Positions 1-9,190 of a stretch of 64,000 bases of DNA are shown here, one piece after another. Source of the stretch: Candidatus Nomurabacteria bacterium (GTDB lineage Bacteria; Patescibacteriota; Minisyncoccia; Phycocordibacterales; UBA9973). The stretch spans positions 255-64,254 of the forward strand of contig JANYAX010000012.1 in the NCBI GenBank assembly GCA_025361085.1, given 5' to 3'. The notes below the pieces were generated by a model. It was not told where the DNA came from and made no database searches. It saw only the letters and a list, made by a program, of their open reading frames with translations. The translations under genes and the position numbers were made by a program. Every line of letters begins with the position of its first letter. The stretch's first letter is position 1.

Positions 1-158
1 TTGTCGGACAATTGTATCCGAACGGATGAAATATAAAGCAGTTTATATTTCATATCCACACTTCCTTTTATTAACGCAACTCTGACTATATTAGCATATT
101 TATTCGATTTATAAAATATGATTGAGAAATAAGCACTAATATGTTATTTTATAAATAC

Positions 159-245
159 GGAGCCGTGTCAGAGTGGTCTAACGTACCTCTTTGCTAAAGA
201 GGCAGGGTGTAACAGCCCTCGCTGGTTCGAATCCAGCCGGCTCCG
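159..245 (+). tRNA. tRNA-Ser (anticodon GCU)
   Basis: Cloverleaf read directly: acceptor GGAGCCG/CGGCTCC, anticodon stem CCTCT/AGAGG with loop TTGCTAA, long variable arm, T-arm GCTGG-TTCGAAT-CCAGC, discriminator G. CCA is not encoded. Confidence 0.85.
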
Positions 246-264
246 CAAATCTTTAAACTCATAT

Positions 265-295
265 TTGACAAATAAAAACCAAATATGGTAGTATT
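265..295 (+). promoter_or_regulatory. sigma70-like promoter for the marR-emr operon (-35 TTGACA at 265-270, -10-like TATGGTAGTAT around 284-294)
   Basis: Consensus TTGACA hexamer followed by an AT-rich -10 region with appropriate spacing, directly upstream of the operon. Confidence 0.4.
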
Positions 296-297
296 TA

Positions 298-320
298 GTT
301 TACCTAACTATTAGGTAAAC
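298..320 (+). promoter_or_regulatory. Perfect 10-bp inverted repeat GTTTACCTAA-cta-TTAGGTAAAC, candidate MarR autoregulatory operator
   Basis: Perfect palindrome ending 2 nt before the marR ATG (323). MarR-family dimers bind such pseudo-palindromes overlapping their own promoter. Confidence 0.55.
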
Positions 321-322
321 TT

Positions 323-751
323 ATGAAAAATACAAAAATAACAGTGCATAAAGAGTTAGACGATATATTATTGGACTTTCGTCGTATCATGACATCTTCT
401 TTACTGAAGGAATCTCATGGGTCAGGGTTCTCACTTTCGCATTTTGAGATTATCAAGTATGTAGCAGAGAAAGGTAGAGTCTCAATGAAAGACATAGCAA
501 CATGGCTTCATATCACTCCCCCATCAGCAAGTGCCCTTGTCGACGTACTTGTAAAGAAAAAGCTTGTAACCAGAATCCCATCTGAAAAAGACAGACGAAC
601 CATCCACATTATTTTAAACAAAGAAGCACATAAACTCTTATTTAAGATACATAAGAATAAAATTACTGCCTTCAAGAAAATGCTTTCAAAGCTAGACAGT
701 AAAGATAAAGAAGATCTGGTCCGTATTATTAGCAAATGTATATCTAACTAG
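323..751 (+). CDS. MarR-family winged-helix transcriptional regulator
   Basis: 142 aa. wHTH signature (…LSLSHFEIIKYVAEKGRVSMKDIATWLHITPPSASALVDVLVKKKLVTRIPSEKDRRTIHI…). First gene of the efflux operon. Confidence 0.8.
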   Translation: MKNTKITVHKELDDILLDFRRIMTSSLLKESHGSGFSLSHFEIIKYVAEKGRVSMKDIATWLHITPPSASALVDVLVKKKLVTRIPSEKDRRTIHIILNKEAHKLLFKIHKNKITAFKKMLSKLDSKDKEDLVRIISKCISN

Positions 752-756
752 AAAAT

Positions 757-1734
757 ATGAAAAACAAACTTACAAAAATTTTATCAAAACCAAAAATAGT
801 TATTCCGGTCGTTGCTATTATCGGAATTTTCTTGATGATTGTCGAATACAACCACATCGGGAAAGCTCCAGAAGTGAACGTCGCACTTAACGCTCCCTCA
901 TCTTTTATCGAATCGAAAGGAATTATCGATCTTTCATTTCCTAAAAATGGTCGCGTAGCCGAAGTTCTAGCCACGAATGAGCAAACGGTGCATAAAGGAG
1001 ACATACTAGCTAGACTTTCTGCTCCCGATCAAGAAGGAGCGGCAAGTCAAGCCAAAGGAGCACTTGATTTGGCTGAAGCAGAATTCGCTTCACTCAATTC
1101 CCAATACGCAAGCACAAAGAAACAGCAAGATTTGATTGTGAAAAACGCTTATCAAACACTTCTCTCAAGTGGGCTCGAAGGGGTACCAAGTGAGCAAGAC
1201 ACAAACGTCCCAATAATTTCTGGAGCATATACTTGTGGCAAAGAAGGATCATACCTTATTAGTCCTTACAAATCAGCCGATGGTGATACTGGGTATTCTT
1301 TCGTTTATTCAGGGTTAGAAAATGGAGTTACAAGTGTTAAATATGACAATCCTGTTCTCTTGGGTAATTGCGGGCTTCAAATAAAATTTGCTCAAACAAC
1401 ATCTTTTAATGTAAGCACAAAATGGACTATCAATATCCCAAATACAAAAAGTCCTACATATCTGGCCAATAAAAATGCTTATGAATTAGCAAAACAAAAC
1501 GAAGAAAAAGCATTATCAGATTTGGCAACAACGATAGGAAATAGCGATAATAATAGTATCGAGAAGGCAAAAGTCGCCGCCGCTCGTGGAGCATATGAAG
1601 CTGCGCTCGGAGCATATCAAAACAATCTGATCGTTGCCCCCGAGAATGGAACTATCAGCTTCATCGACAAAGATTTACTGGTTGGTCAGTCGGTAATATC
1701 AAACAAAATTGTTATCAGCATAACTGCAAAATAA
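757..1734 (+). CDS. HlyD/EmrA-family efflux adaptor (membrane fusion) protein, subunit 1
   Basis: N-terminal TM helix, lipoyl-like halves (KGDILARLSAP … NGTISFIDKDLLVGQSV) flanking a coiled-coil region. Sits between marR and the MFS pump. Confidence 0.6.
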   Translation: MKNKLTKILSKPKIVIPVVAIIGIFLMIVEYNHIGKAPEVNVALNAPSSFIESKGIIDLSFPKNGRVAEVLATNEQTVHKGDILARLSAPDQEGAASQAKGALDLAEAEFASLNSQYASTKKQQDLIVKNAYQTLLSSGLEGVPSEQDTNVPIISGAYTCGKEGSYLISPYKSADGDTGYSFVYSGLENGVTSVKYDNPVLLGNCGLQIKFAQTTSFNVSTKWTINIPNTKSPTYLANKNAYELAKQNEEKALSDLATTIGNSDNNSIEKAKVAAARGAYEAALGAYQNNLIVAPENGTISFIDKDLLVGQSVISNKIVISITAK

Positions 1735-1736
1735 AT

Positions 1737-2369
1737 ATGGAAAAACCAAAGACAAGTATATTCGCAAAATCATGGATCCAAAGTTTAACAGGAATAATAG
1801 TTATTATTCTCGTTGTTGGTGGTGCATTATTTTACAAATCAATCTCATCCTACGTCAGTGTCGAAGATGCAATAATTTCTTCTCCTGTTATATCAATCGC
1901 GCCAGAAACACCAGGCACACTAGACCAAGTATATGTAAAAGAAGGTGATGCCGTCGTAAAGGGTCAACAGCTTGCAAGAGTTGGGGCTGAAATATTAACA
2001 GCAAAAGTTGACGGTATAATAATTTTCACAAACAATACACCGGGGCAAGTTTTCAATTCTTCACTTGCGGTTATAAAAATGATCGACCCAAATGAATCAA
2101 GAGTTCTAGCAACAATAAAAGAAAATTCTGGATTGTCAAAAATCGCAATTGGTAACCCTGTTTCATTCACCGTTGATGCTTTCGGGTCAAAACAATACAC
2201 AGGTGTAGTCGAAGAGATAAGCCCCACAGCTAATGATACAAATATTGTTTTCAATATTTCAGATAAAAGAGCAATCCAAGAATTTACAATAAAGGTCAAA
2301 TACGATGTGCCATCACACAAAGAATTTAAAAATGGCATGTCTGCAAAGATAAAAGTTTTCTATAAATAA
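1737..2369 (+). CDS. HlyD-family adaptor protein, subunit 2 (lipoyl + beta-barrel domains)
   Basis: N-terminal TM helix, YVKEGDAVVKGQQLARV lipoyl motif, C-terminal beta-barrel-like region. Start is 3 nt after the preceding stop. Confidence 0.55.
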   Translation: MEKPKTSIFAKSWIQSLTGIIVIILVVGGALFYKSISSYVSVEDAIISSPVISIAPETPGTLDQVYVKEGDAVVKGQQLARVGAEILTAKVDGIIIFTNNTPGQVFNSSLAVIKMIDPNESRVLATIKENSGLSKIAIGNPVSFTVDAFGSKQYTGVVEEISPTANDTNIVFNISDKRAIQEFTIKVKYDVPSHKEFKNGMSAKIKVFYK

Positions 2370-2372
2370 AAT

Positions 2373-3857
2373 ATGGAGACCAAGCAGAATAATCTGCGCT
2401 GGTGGATTCTCTTGACCGTCATTATCGGCACATTCTTGGGCCGACTTGATCAAACGATTGTTAACCTTGCGCTTCCTAAAATAATAAATACTTTCAGTAT
2501 CACTGTTTCATCAGCGGGGTGGATAGCCACGGCGTATATTTTAGCGAATGCGATATTTGTCCCTATCTGGGGGAAGCTTGGAGACACGATCGGGCGCAAA
2601 AAAGTTTATATAATCGGTTTTGCAATATTTATTCTCGGTTCAGTACTCGCGGGTCTCTCTTGGAATTTGAATTCTATGTTGGTGTTTCGAGTTATCCAAG
2701 CTATAGCCGGTTCAGCCGACTACCCTACCGCCATGGCGATAATCGCCGTAACTTTCAGTGCAGGGAAAGAAAGGGCTCAAGCTCTTGGACTTTGGTCTAC
2801 TTCATTTGCGGCCGCAACAGTTTTCGGCCCACTTCTCGGAGGACCACTAATCGATACCTTCGGCTGGCGTTCAGTTTTCTTTATCAATATTCCGATCGGT
2901 ATAGTTGGCATCTTGATGGCACTGCGATTTATTAATGAATCGAAATCCGCAATCAAAACAAAATTCTTCGACTGGTGGGGTGCAATAACGCTCGGCATAA
3001 TGCTTTCATCTCTCGTCTTGGTTCTCGACAAGGGTTCAGGCTGGGGGTGGTTGTCGCTTGATAGTTTTATCTGCTACGCACTAGTTGTAGTTTTCACTAA
3101 AATATTTATACAAGTAGAACACAGGGCGAAAGAACCAATCGTTGATCTGAAGTTTTTCAAAATCCCTGCGTTTGTGAATACCCTTTTGAATAATTTCATC
3201 GTCTTCATGGGAATGATGGGCGGGGTTTTCCTCATCCCGATTTTTGCCCAGACGTTTCTCGGTTACAATGCCACCGAAACTGGTTACCTATTCATCCCGA
3301 TGGCCGCAATGATGATGATCGCTTCACCACTCGGGGGAGCATTGTCTGGAAAAGTAAAAGCCAAATACATAATATTCGCAAGTACTTTCGTAGCCGCTAT
3401 TGGACTTTTCCTTTTTTCTTTCCTTGATCCAAAATCAGGACCCCTCGCTATCATAGTACCTCTGTGTATCATGGCTTTTGGCCTTGGTTTCGGAATGGCA
3501 CAAAGAACAAATATCATCGCTTCGGTTGTAGAGCCAAACGAAATAGGTATAGCTTCTTCGGTTCTTGCTATTGTTCGTAATATTGCTGGAGCTTTCGGGA
3601 TCGCCCTTTTTGGAACAATTTTAAACAATAGAATTAATCACAACATAATACAAATAAATGATTACAGCCACATCATAAGCAACAAGGTAGCTCAAGTTGG
3701 ACAATACATATCACTCATCATATTAAAAGCACAAGTTAATGCTTATGATTACGTATTTATAATTTCTGGTTTCGTTGTGGCCATTGGTGCTTTCGCCATC
3801 TTAACTCTCAAATTAAAAAACGAAAAAACAAATGTGACTGTTCATGTCGAAGGATAA
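2373..3857 (+). CDS. MFS drug:H+ antiporter, 14-TMS EmrB/QacA family
   Basis: 494 aa with about 14 hydrophobic segments. MFS motif GKLGDTIGRKK after TM2 and LGLWSTSFAAATVFGPLLGG motif C. Confidence 0.8.
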   Translation: METKQNNLRWWILLTVIIGTFLGRLDQTIVNLALPKIINTFSITVSSAGWIATAYILANAIFVPIWGKLGDTIGRKKVYIIGFAIFILGSVLAGLSWNLNSMLVFRVIQAIAGSADYPTAMAIIAVTFSAGKERAQALGLWSTSFAAATVFGPLLGGPLIDTFGWRSVFFINIPIGIVGILMALRFINESKSAIKTKFFDWWGAITLGIMLSSLVLVLDKGSGWGWLSLDSFICYALVVVFTKIFIQVEHRAKEPIVDLKFFKIPAFVNTLLNNFIVFMGMMGGVFLIPIFAQTFLGYNATETGYLFIPMAAMMMIASPLGGALSGKVKAKYIIFASTFVAAIGLFLFSFLDPKSGPLAIIVPLCIMAFGLGFGMAQRTNIIASVVEPNEIGIASSVLAIVRNIAGAFGIALFGTILNNRINHNIIQINDYSHIISNKVAQVGQYISLIILKAQVNAYDYVFIISGFVVAIGAFAILTLKLKNEKTNVTVHVEG

Positions 3858-3865
3858 ATTACCAT

Positions 3866-3880
3866 TTTTTGTGGTATAAT
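3866..3880 (+). promoter_or_regulatory. Extended -10 promoter element (TGgTATAAT) 8 nt upstream of the kinase ATG, suggesting a leaderless or short-leader mRNA
   Basis: TATAAT at 3875-3880 with upstream TG. ATG at 3888. No Shine-Dalgarno between them. Confidence 0.4.
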
Positions 3881-3887
3881 ATATCTT

Positions 3888-4637
3888 ATGGATGAATTGG
3901 AAAAATTGAAAAAGGAAGTGAGCCAATTAAAAGAATTAAACGAAAATAAATCCGATATTATTTCTATTACGGCCCACCAACTTCGCACATCCCTTTCAGC
4001 TCTCAAATGGATATTCAAAATGTTTATAGACAGAGATGTCGGCGAACTTACCAATGAACAAAACGAGCTAATGCAAAAAGCATATGTCAGTAACGAGCGT
4101 ATGCTAGTACTCGTGAATGATTTGCTCACACTAAGCCACAGTGAAGATGCGTTTATAAAATACAATTTCAAAAAAATAAATATTATTCACACGATTGAAC
4201 AAACAATATTTGAATTTTCTGGTGAATTAAGTAAAAAAGGCATCGAGTTAATTTTCTTGAAACCAGAAGAATCTTTCCCAGAATTAAATTGCGATGAAGA
4301 AATGATACGCGTAGTTATACAAAATTTGATTGAAAATGCCATAAAATACAGCAACAAAGGAGGAAAAATCTTCATATCACTTAAACAAGAAGATCATAAT
4401 ATAATAATGTCTGTCCACGACTCGGGAATCGGTATAGAAGAAGAAGATAAGCCAAGTATATTCAAAAAATTTTTTAGATCTGAAAAAGCTAAAGTGAAAG
4501 ACCCCATTGGGTCAGGGCTTGGTTTATTTACAACAAAAAATATAGTCGAAAAACACAATGGTAAGATATGGTTTGAAAAGACCGACGGAGATGGAACAAC
4601 CTTCTTTGTATCATTGCCAATTTCATTAAAAGTATAG
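3888..4637 (+). CDS. Cytoplasmic sensor histidine kinase (HisKA + HATPase_c), no transmembrane or sensor domain
   Basis: H-box ITAHQLRTSLSAL, N-box IQNLIENAIKYS, G1 DSGIGI, G2 GSGLGL. N-terminal coiled coil only. Confidence 0.8.
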   Translation: MDELEKLKKEVSQLKELNENKSDIISITAHQLRTSLSALKWIFKMFIDRDVGELTNEQNELMQKAYVSNERMLVLVNDLLTLSHSEDAFIKYNFKKINIIHTIEQTIFEFSGELSKKGIELIFLKPEESFPELNCDEEMIRVVIQNLIENAIKYSNKGGKIFISLKQEDHNIIMSVHDSGIGIEEEDKPSIFKKFFRSEKAKVKDPIGSGLGLFTTKNIVEKHNGKIWFEKTDGDGTTFFVSLPISLKV

Positions 4638-4651
4638 TATAATATAATCAC

Positions 4652-5020
4652 ATGAAAAAAGTGCTTATAATAGAAGATGACAGTTTTCTCCAGGGACTTG
4701 AAGCTAACAAACTTGAAAATGTTGGTTACAGTATCATTACAGCTTCAACAGGAGAAGAAGCAATGGAGAAAATTAATGAGCCAAAGATCGACTTGATACT
4801 TCTCGACTTGATACTTCCTAATTTTGATGGATTTGAAGTTCTCAAAAAAATTAGAGAAACCGAAGCTACAAAGAATGTACCAGTTATTGTATTTTCCAAT
4901 CTATCAGAAGAGAAAGATCAAGACAAAGCAAAGAAAATGGGAGCCAGCGACTTCATGGTCAAATCAAATTTTACTCTTGATGAATTAGTAGAAAGAATAA
5001 AAAAGGTACTGAAGAAATAG
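4652..5020 (+). CDS. Single-domain response regulator (CheY-like receiver, no output domain)
   Basis: 122 aa. Acidic pocket (IIEDD … LILLDLILP), conserved T/S and K (VFSNLSEEKDQDKAKKMGASDFMVK). Confidence 0.8.
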   Translation: MKKVLIIEDDSFLQGLEANKLENVGYSIITASTGEEAMEKINEPKIDLILLDLILPNFDGFEVLKKIRETEATKNVPVIVFSNLSEEKDQDKAKKMGASDFMVKSNFTLDELVERIKKVLKK

Positions 5021-5048
5021 TCCGCCATCTGGCGGATTTTGTTTTTTA
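5021..5048 (+). terminator. Rho-independent terminator (TCCGCCATCTGGCGGA + T-run)
   Basis: GC-rich hairpin immediately after the response-regulator stop, followed by TTTTGTTTTTT. Confidence 0.7.
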
Positions 5049-5192
5049 TATGGTTATTGTTTGTATGATATACTTAACAAATGAGAGATTTGACCAAAAC
5101 TGAAACCATAATTCTTCTTATTATTTTCATTGCAATAGGCGGAATCGTCCTATATGGGAGAAATTCTATTAACAACTTTTCACCTCTAGATT

Positions 5193-7469
5193 ATGTATTT
5201 AAATGACAATATCGAATCTCATTTTCGAATAGACGCGAACCAAAAGAAAGCGATCACTCACCTCGGCATTACCCGCGTGCGTGATTTACTTTACTACTTC
5301 CCTTCGCGATATACCGACATCAGTGAATTCCGCAATATAAATACTCTACAAGATGGCGATACAGCAACTGTCATTGGGAAAATTTCTAATCTCAAAACCA
5401 AAAAAAGTTTCAAAAGTAAAATCCCGATGGGTGAAGCACTCATCACGGACATCACAGGCAAGATTCATATCATATGGTTCCATCAACCGTATCTAGCCAA
5501 AATGTTACAGGAGGGCGCAACTGTCCGCGTGACTGGCAAAATTTCTGACAATAAAACTTATGGTTTGACGCTGACAAACCCAGAAATAAGCAAGGAAGAT
5601 ATTTTGCCGATTGATTTGCACGACTCACTTTTCCAAAAATCCGAACGAAGTGAACAGTTTGGCTACCCCATTTACCCAGAGACAAAAGGGATTACTTCAA
5701 AATGGATGTATCATGCCATCGGAAAAATTCTAAAAAATGATTGCGTGAAAAATATAGAAGATTATTTAGATAAAGAAATATTAGAAAAATACAAACTGCC
5801 AAGCCTTCACACTGCTCTCGTTTGGATTCACTTGCCAAAAACAAAAGAGCACGCCGAAATCGCTCGCAAGCGATTTGCTTTTGAAGAAGTTTTTTTCATC
5901 CAACTTACTCGCCAGCAAGAACGTAAAAAATATGAAGAAAACTTTTCCTATAAACTTGTCGTCGATGACAAAGATATAAAAGATTTCACTTCACGTTTTC
6001 CTTTTACTCCGACACTTGCTCAAGACAATGCCATCCGCACAATATTGGCAGATTTGAAAAAAGATAAACCGATGTCTCGCCTCATCGAAGGTGATGTAGG
6101 AAGTGGTAAAACATTTGTAGCTGCAACCATCGCATACGCGGTTATAAAAAATACGACAGGAACTTCAAAATATGGTGATTTTGGCAATCTGCAAGTTGCC
6201 TATATGGCACCGACCGAAGTCTTGGCAATTCAACTATATGAGAACTTTGTAAAATATTTCGAACACACTGGCATCTCGATCGCTCTCATGACTTCAAGCG
6301 GTTGTCGCAAATTCCCAAGTAAAAGTGCAGGTTGGGAAAATGGGAAACAAATCAAAACTTGGACAACAATATCGAAAAATCAACTTTTGAAATGGATTAA
6401 AAATGGCGAAATTCCAATTGTTATCGGTACTCATTCACTTATTTCAAAATCTGTAGAATTTGAAGATTTGGGACTTGTAATAATCGACGAACAGCATCGT
6501 TTCGGGACAAATCAAAGAATGAAACTCGCCAAAAAAGAGGGGCACTCGCCTCACTACCTCTCGATGACGGCTACTCCTATCCCCCGCACATTGGCTCTGA
6601 CGATATATGGCGACTTAGATCTCTCAATCATCGACCAAATGCCAGCTGGAAGAAAAGAAGTTATCACTGAAATTGTTTCAGAAAACAAGAGAGAAAGTGC
6701 ATATGAAAAAATTAAAAAAGAATTAGAGGATGGACGACAACTTTACGTCATTTGTCCGAAGATAGAAGGAGGCGAAGAGATAGGACAAATTGTTCCAGGA
6801 AGCATTACGGAGGCCGACGGGCCGAGTACTAGCAAAAAACTCAGCAGAGTTTTATTGCGTGCTGACGGGAATAATTTGTCCGATCTCAAAGCCGTAACAT
6901 CAGAAGCCAAAAGATTAAAGAAAGATATTTTCCCAAATTACAATATTGAAATAATGCACAGCAAAATGACAAAAGATAAAAAGGAGAAAGTCATGCGTGA
7001 TTTTGCTGGTCATAAAATTGATATTTTAGTCTCCACTTCTGTTATTGAAGTCGGGGTAAACATTCCAAACGCAACCGTCATTGTTATCGAGGGAGCTGAA
7101 CGTTTTGGGCTCGCCCAGCTTCACCAACTCCGTGGACGTGTTATCCGCTCTACCTTCCAATCGTATTGTTATCTTTTCGCCAATGCCAAAACGGCTAAAA
7201 CTATGGATCGCCTAAAAGCACTCACGAAAGCTGCCAATGGCTTCGAACTTGCCGAGCTTGATTTACAACTTCGTGGAGCAGGGCTACTCGGTGGAGACAA
7301 GCAATGGGGCATCACCGACCTCGGGATGGAAGCCATAAAGAATATTAAAATGGTAGAAGCGGCGCGAAGCGAAGCAATCGCGATTATTCAAAAAGATATT
7401 GACCTAAAATCATCCCCTCTCCTTGCCCAAACCCTCGCCTCCAAAAACCTCAAATTGCATTTTGAATAG
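5193..7469 (+). CDS. recG: ATP-dependent DNA helicase RecG
   Basis: 758 aa. N-terminal wedge/OB region, helicase motifs GDVGSGKT, DEQHRFG, QLRGRV. An ~80-aa insertion between the RecA-like domains. Confidence 0.8.
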   Translation: MYLNDNIESHFRIDANQKKAITHLGITRVRDLLYYFPSRYTDISEFRNINTLQDGDTATVIGKISNLKTKKSFKSKIPMGEALITDITGKIHIIWFHQPYLAKMLQEGATVRVTGKISDNKTYGLTLTNPEISKEDILPIDLHDSLFQKSERSEQFGYPIYPETKGITSKWMYHAIGKILKNDCVKNIEDYLDKEILEKYKLPSLHTALVWIHLPKTKEHAEIARKRFAFEEVFFIQLTRQQERKKYEENFSYKLVVDDKDIKDFTSRFPFTPTLAQDNAIRTILADLKKDKPMSRLIEGDVGSGKTFVAATIAYAVIKNTTGTSKYGDFGNLQVAYMAPTEVLAIQLYENFVKYFEHTGISIALMTSSGCRKFPSKSAGWENGKQIKTWTTISKNQLLKWIKNGEIPIVIGTHSLISKSVEFEDLGLVIIDEQHRFGTNQRMKLAKKEGHSPHYLSMTATPIPRTLALTIYGDLDLSIIDQMPAGRKEVITEIVSENKRESAYEKIKKELEDGRQLYVICPKIEGGEEIGQIVPGSITEADGPSTSKKLSRVLLRADGNNLSDLKAVTSEAKRLKKDIFPNYNIEIMHSKMTKDKKEKVMRDFAGHKIDILVSTSVIEVGVNIPNATVIVIEGAERFGLAQLHQLRGRVIRSTFQSYCYLFANAKTAKTMDRLKALTKAANGFELAELDLQLRGAGLLGGDKQWGITDLGMEAIKNIKMVEAARSEAIAIIQKDIDLKSSPLLAQTLASKNLKLHFE

Positions 7470-7472
7470 GAA

Positions 7473-9185
7473 TTATTCTGTGTCATTAATTATTCTTTCC
7501 TGCTTGCTAATTTCTCCATTTGAAAAAGAATTTTTATTAGTCTCTCCCTGGGGCATGGCTTTATAATCTATATTAAAAATTGGCTTATTTTCATTATCAA
7601 ATGAAACAGCTAAATCCTTTATTCCAATAGGCTTATCCGCTGCAAGAGAATCGGCGTTGTATGTTCTTGAAAATTCTTGAGCATATCCGCCTTGAGCTCC
7701 AACACTGCATGAAATAAAACCAACTCTCGGGGTTTCGACAAAAAATCTTTTCGCTTTTTTGAAACCCTCTCCCTTAAAATCATCCTTACTTAAATATCTT
7801 TTATCTTCAGATCTTACAAAGTCAGCTTTTGATACTTCTTCAATACTTTTTTCATCAAAATCTTGGGTTAGAATTATTCCGTCTGGTGAGCCGTGTCCAA
7901 AAACAATTGCGTATTCTATTTTATTTTGGTCACCGAACTTAATGTCTTGTCTCAATAATCTTTTTGCTAAATCTATTTTATTTGCAACTTCTATATATCT
8001 AGTAAGATAATCATGATTAGATAATTCGTTTGAAATATTTTCGAGTTTTGGCCCCAATCCATTTTTTTCAAAAGCATTATTGTGATCATGGCGCGAAGTT
8101 ATAAACATTCCATATTGCCCTTCTTGGTCTGCTATTTCTAATTGTTTAATCCAAAATTCTGGTGACATTCGATCGAAACGAGTCACGCCATTGTTTTCAT
8201 ATAGTTTTTTTACTGCCCCTTTTTGAATTTTTTCTAAATCACTAACATTTTTTAAATTTTTAATAACACATGATCCGTCTTCAAAATAATCTGCCTCAAG
8301 CCAACTATTCGTAAAAACAGAAGCATCTTCTATCCCTATTTTAGAAATAAAATCAGATAGTTCACTTTTATACAAAAAAGACATCTCCTGTGATTCCTCA
8401 ATCATCTCCCACCTAGGTAATTTATTAAAATCACCCTTATCAAAAATATCCCTAAGCGTCAAAACATATCCGCGCCTAAAACGAAGATCATCTTTTAAAT
8501 AAAAATCTAATAATTTTGGATACAAAAATGGATTTTCTTTAAAATTTTCTGACTTGTCTTTTATTTCATCTATTATTTTTATTATCTTAGGATCATCTAA
8601 TTTTAAAGATTCGGTTGATAAAACATTATTAAAGAATTTAGCGTGGTTGTGGCCAGAAGAATCATAAGTTTCTGGATCAATTTTTTCATTTTCAATGACA
8701 TAATCTTCAGATGAGAATTTCTCTTTATAATATGATTCAAATATTTGTTGTTGTATAAATGAGTATTCACTTTTTGAGTCAATTATTTTCCAATGATTAC
8801 AAATCAGGTCTTCAAAATAAGGATTATTTTGTAATTCACATTTTATGTTTGAAATAGAAAAAGCTTCAGAGATAGCATTATCAGAGAAAAAGTATTTTGT
8901 TGCCTCTAAAAAATCTTTCATTTTTTCAAGATCAGAAGTTTCTTCCATCAGTTTCTTCAATTCATATATTGAAGAAACAACACCAGGATAAGATCCTTCA
9001 GCTTTCACCTCTGCATAATTTTCTAAATCTTTTTTATTTTTTTCTTTTAAATCATCTAGTATTTTTTCTTTTTTTGTTTTTTCTTTACTACCAATAACAC
9101 TCATTTCTTCAGTACTTTCTGGTTGAAAATTTTCTACTTTATTATCTCCAATATTTTCTGAATTATTTGGTTGATTAAAATTCAT
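7473..9185 (-). CDS. Hypothetical protein; acidic/Lys-rich N-terminus and C-terminal region with a caspase/CHAT-like His-Gly … Cys signature
   Basis: 570 aa. Motifs AIVFGHGSPDG and GFISCSVGAQGG resemble the catalytic His and Cys blocks of the caspase/CHAT/clostripain fold. No other recognisable domain. Starts 6 nt after the tRNA 3' end. Confidence 0.3.
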   Translation of the reverse strand: MNFNQPNNSENIGDNKVENFQPESTEEMSVIGSKEKTKKEKILDDLKEKNKKDLENYAEVKAEGSYPGVVSSIYELKKLMEETSDLEKMKDFLEATKYFFSDNAISEAFSISNIKCELQNNPYFEDLICNHWKIIDSKSEYSFIQQQIFESYYKEKFSSEDYVIENEKIDPETYDSSGHNHAKFFNNVLSTESLKLDDPKIIKIIDEIKDKSENFKENPFLYPKLLDFYLKDDLRFRRGYVLTLRDIFDKGDFNKLPRWEMIEESQEMSFLYKSELSDFISKIGIEDASVFTNSWLEADYFEDGSCVIKNLKNVSDLEKIQKGAVKKLYENNGVTRFDRMSPEFWIKQLEIADQEGQYGMFITSRHDHNNAFEKNGLGPKLENISNELSNHDYLTRYIEVANKIDLAKRLLRQDIKFGDQNKIEYAIVFGHGSPDGIILTQDFDEKSIEEVSKADFVRSEDKRYLSKDDFKGEGFKKAKRFFVETPRVGFISCSVGAQGGYAQEFSRTYNADSLAADKPIGIKDLAVSFDNENKPIFNIDYKAMPQGETNKNSFSNGEISKQERIINDTE

Positions 9186-9190
9186 ATTTG

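Noticed and set aside
2519-3628. ORFs 2519-2935(+), 2777-3031(-) and 3284-3628(-) inside the MFS transporter gene
   Set aside because: They are alternative-frame or antisense to a well-supported 14-TMS transporter and have no independent support.
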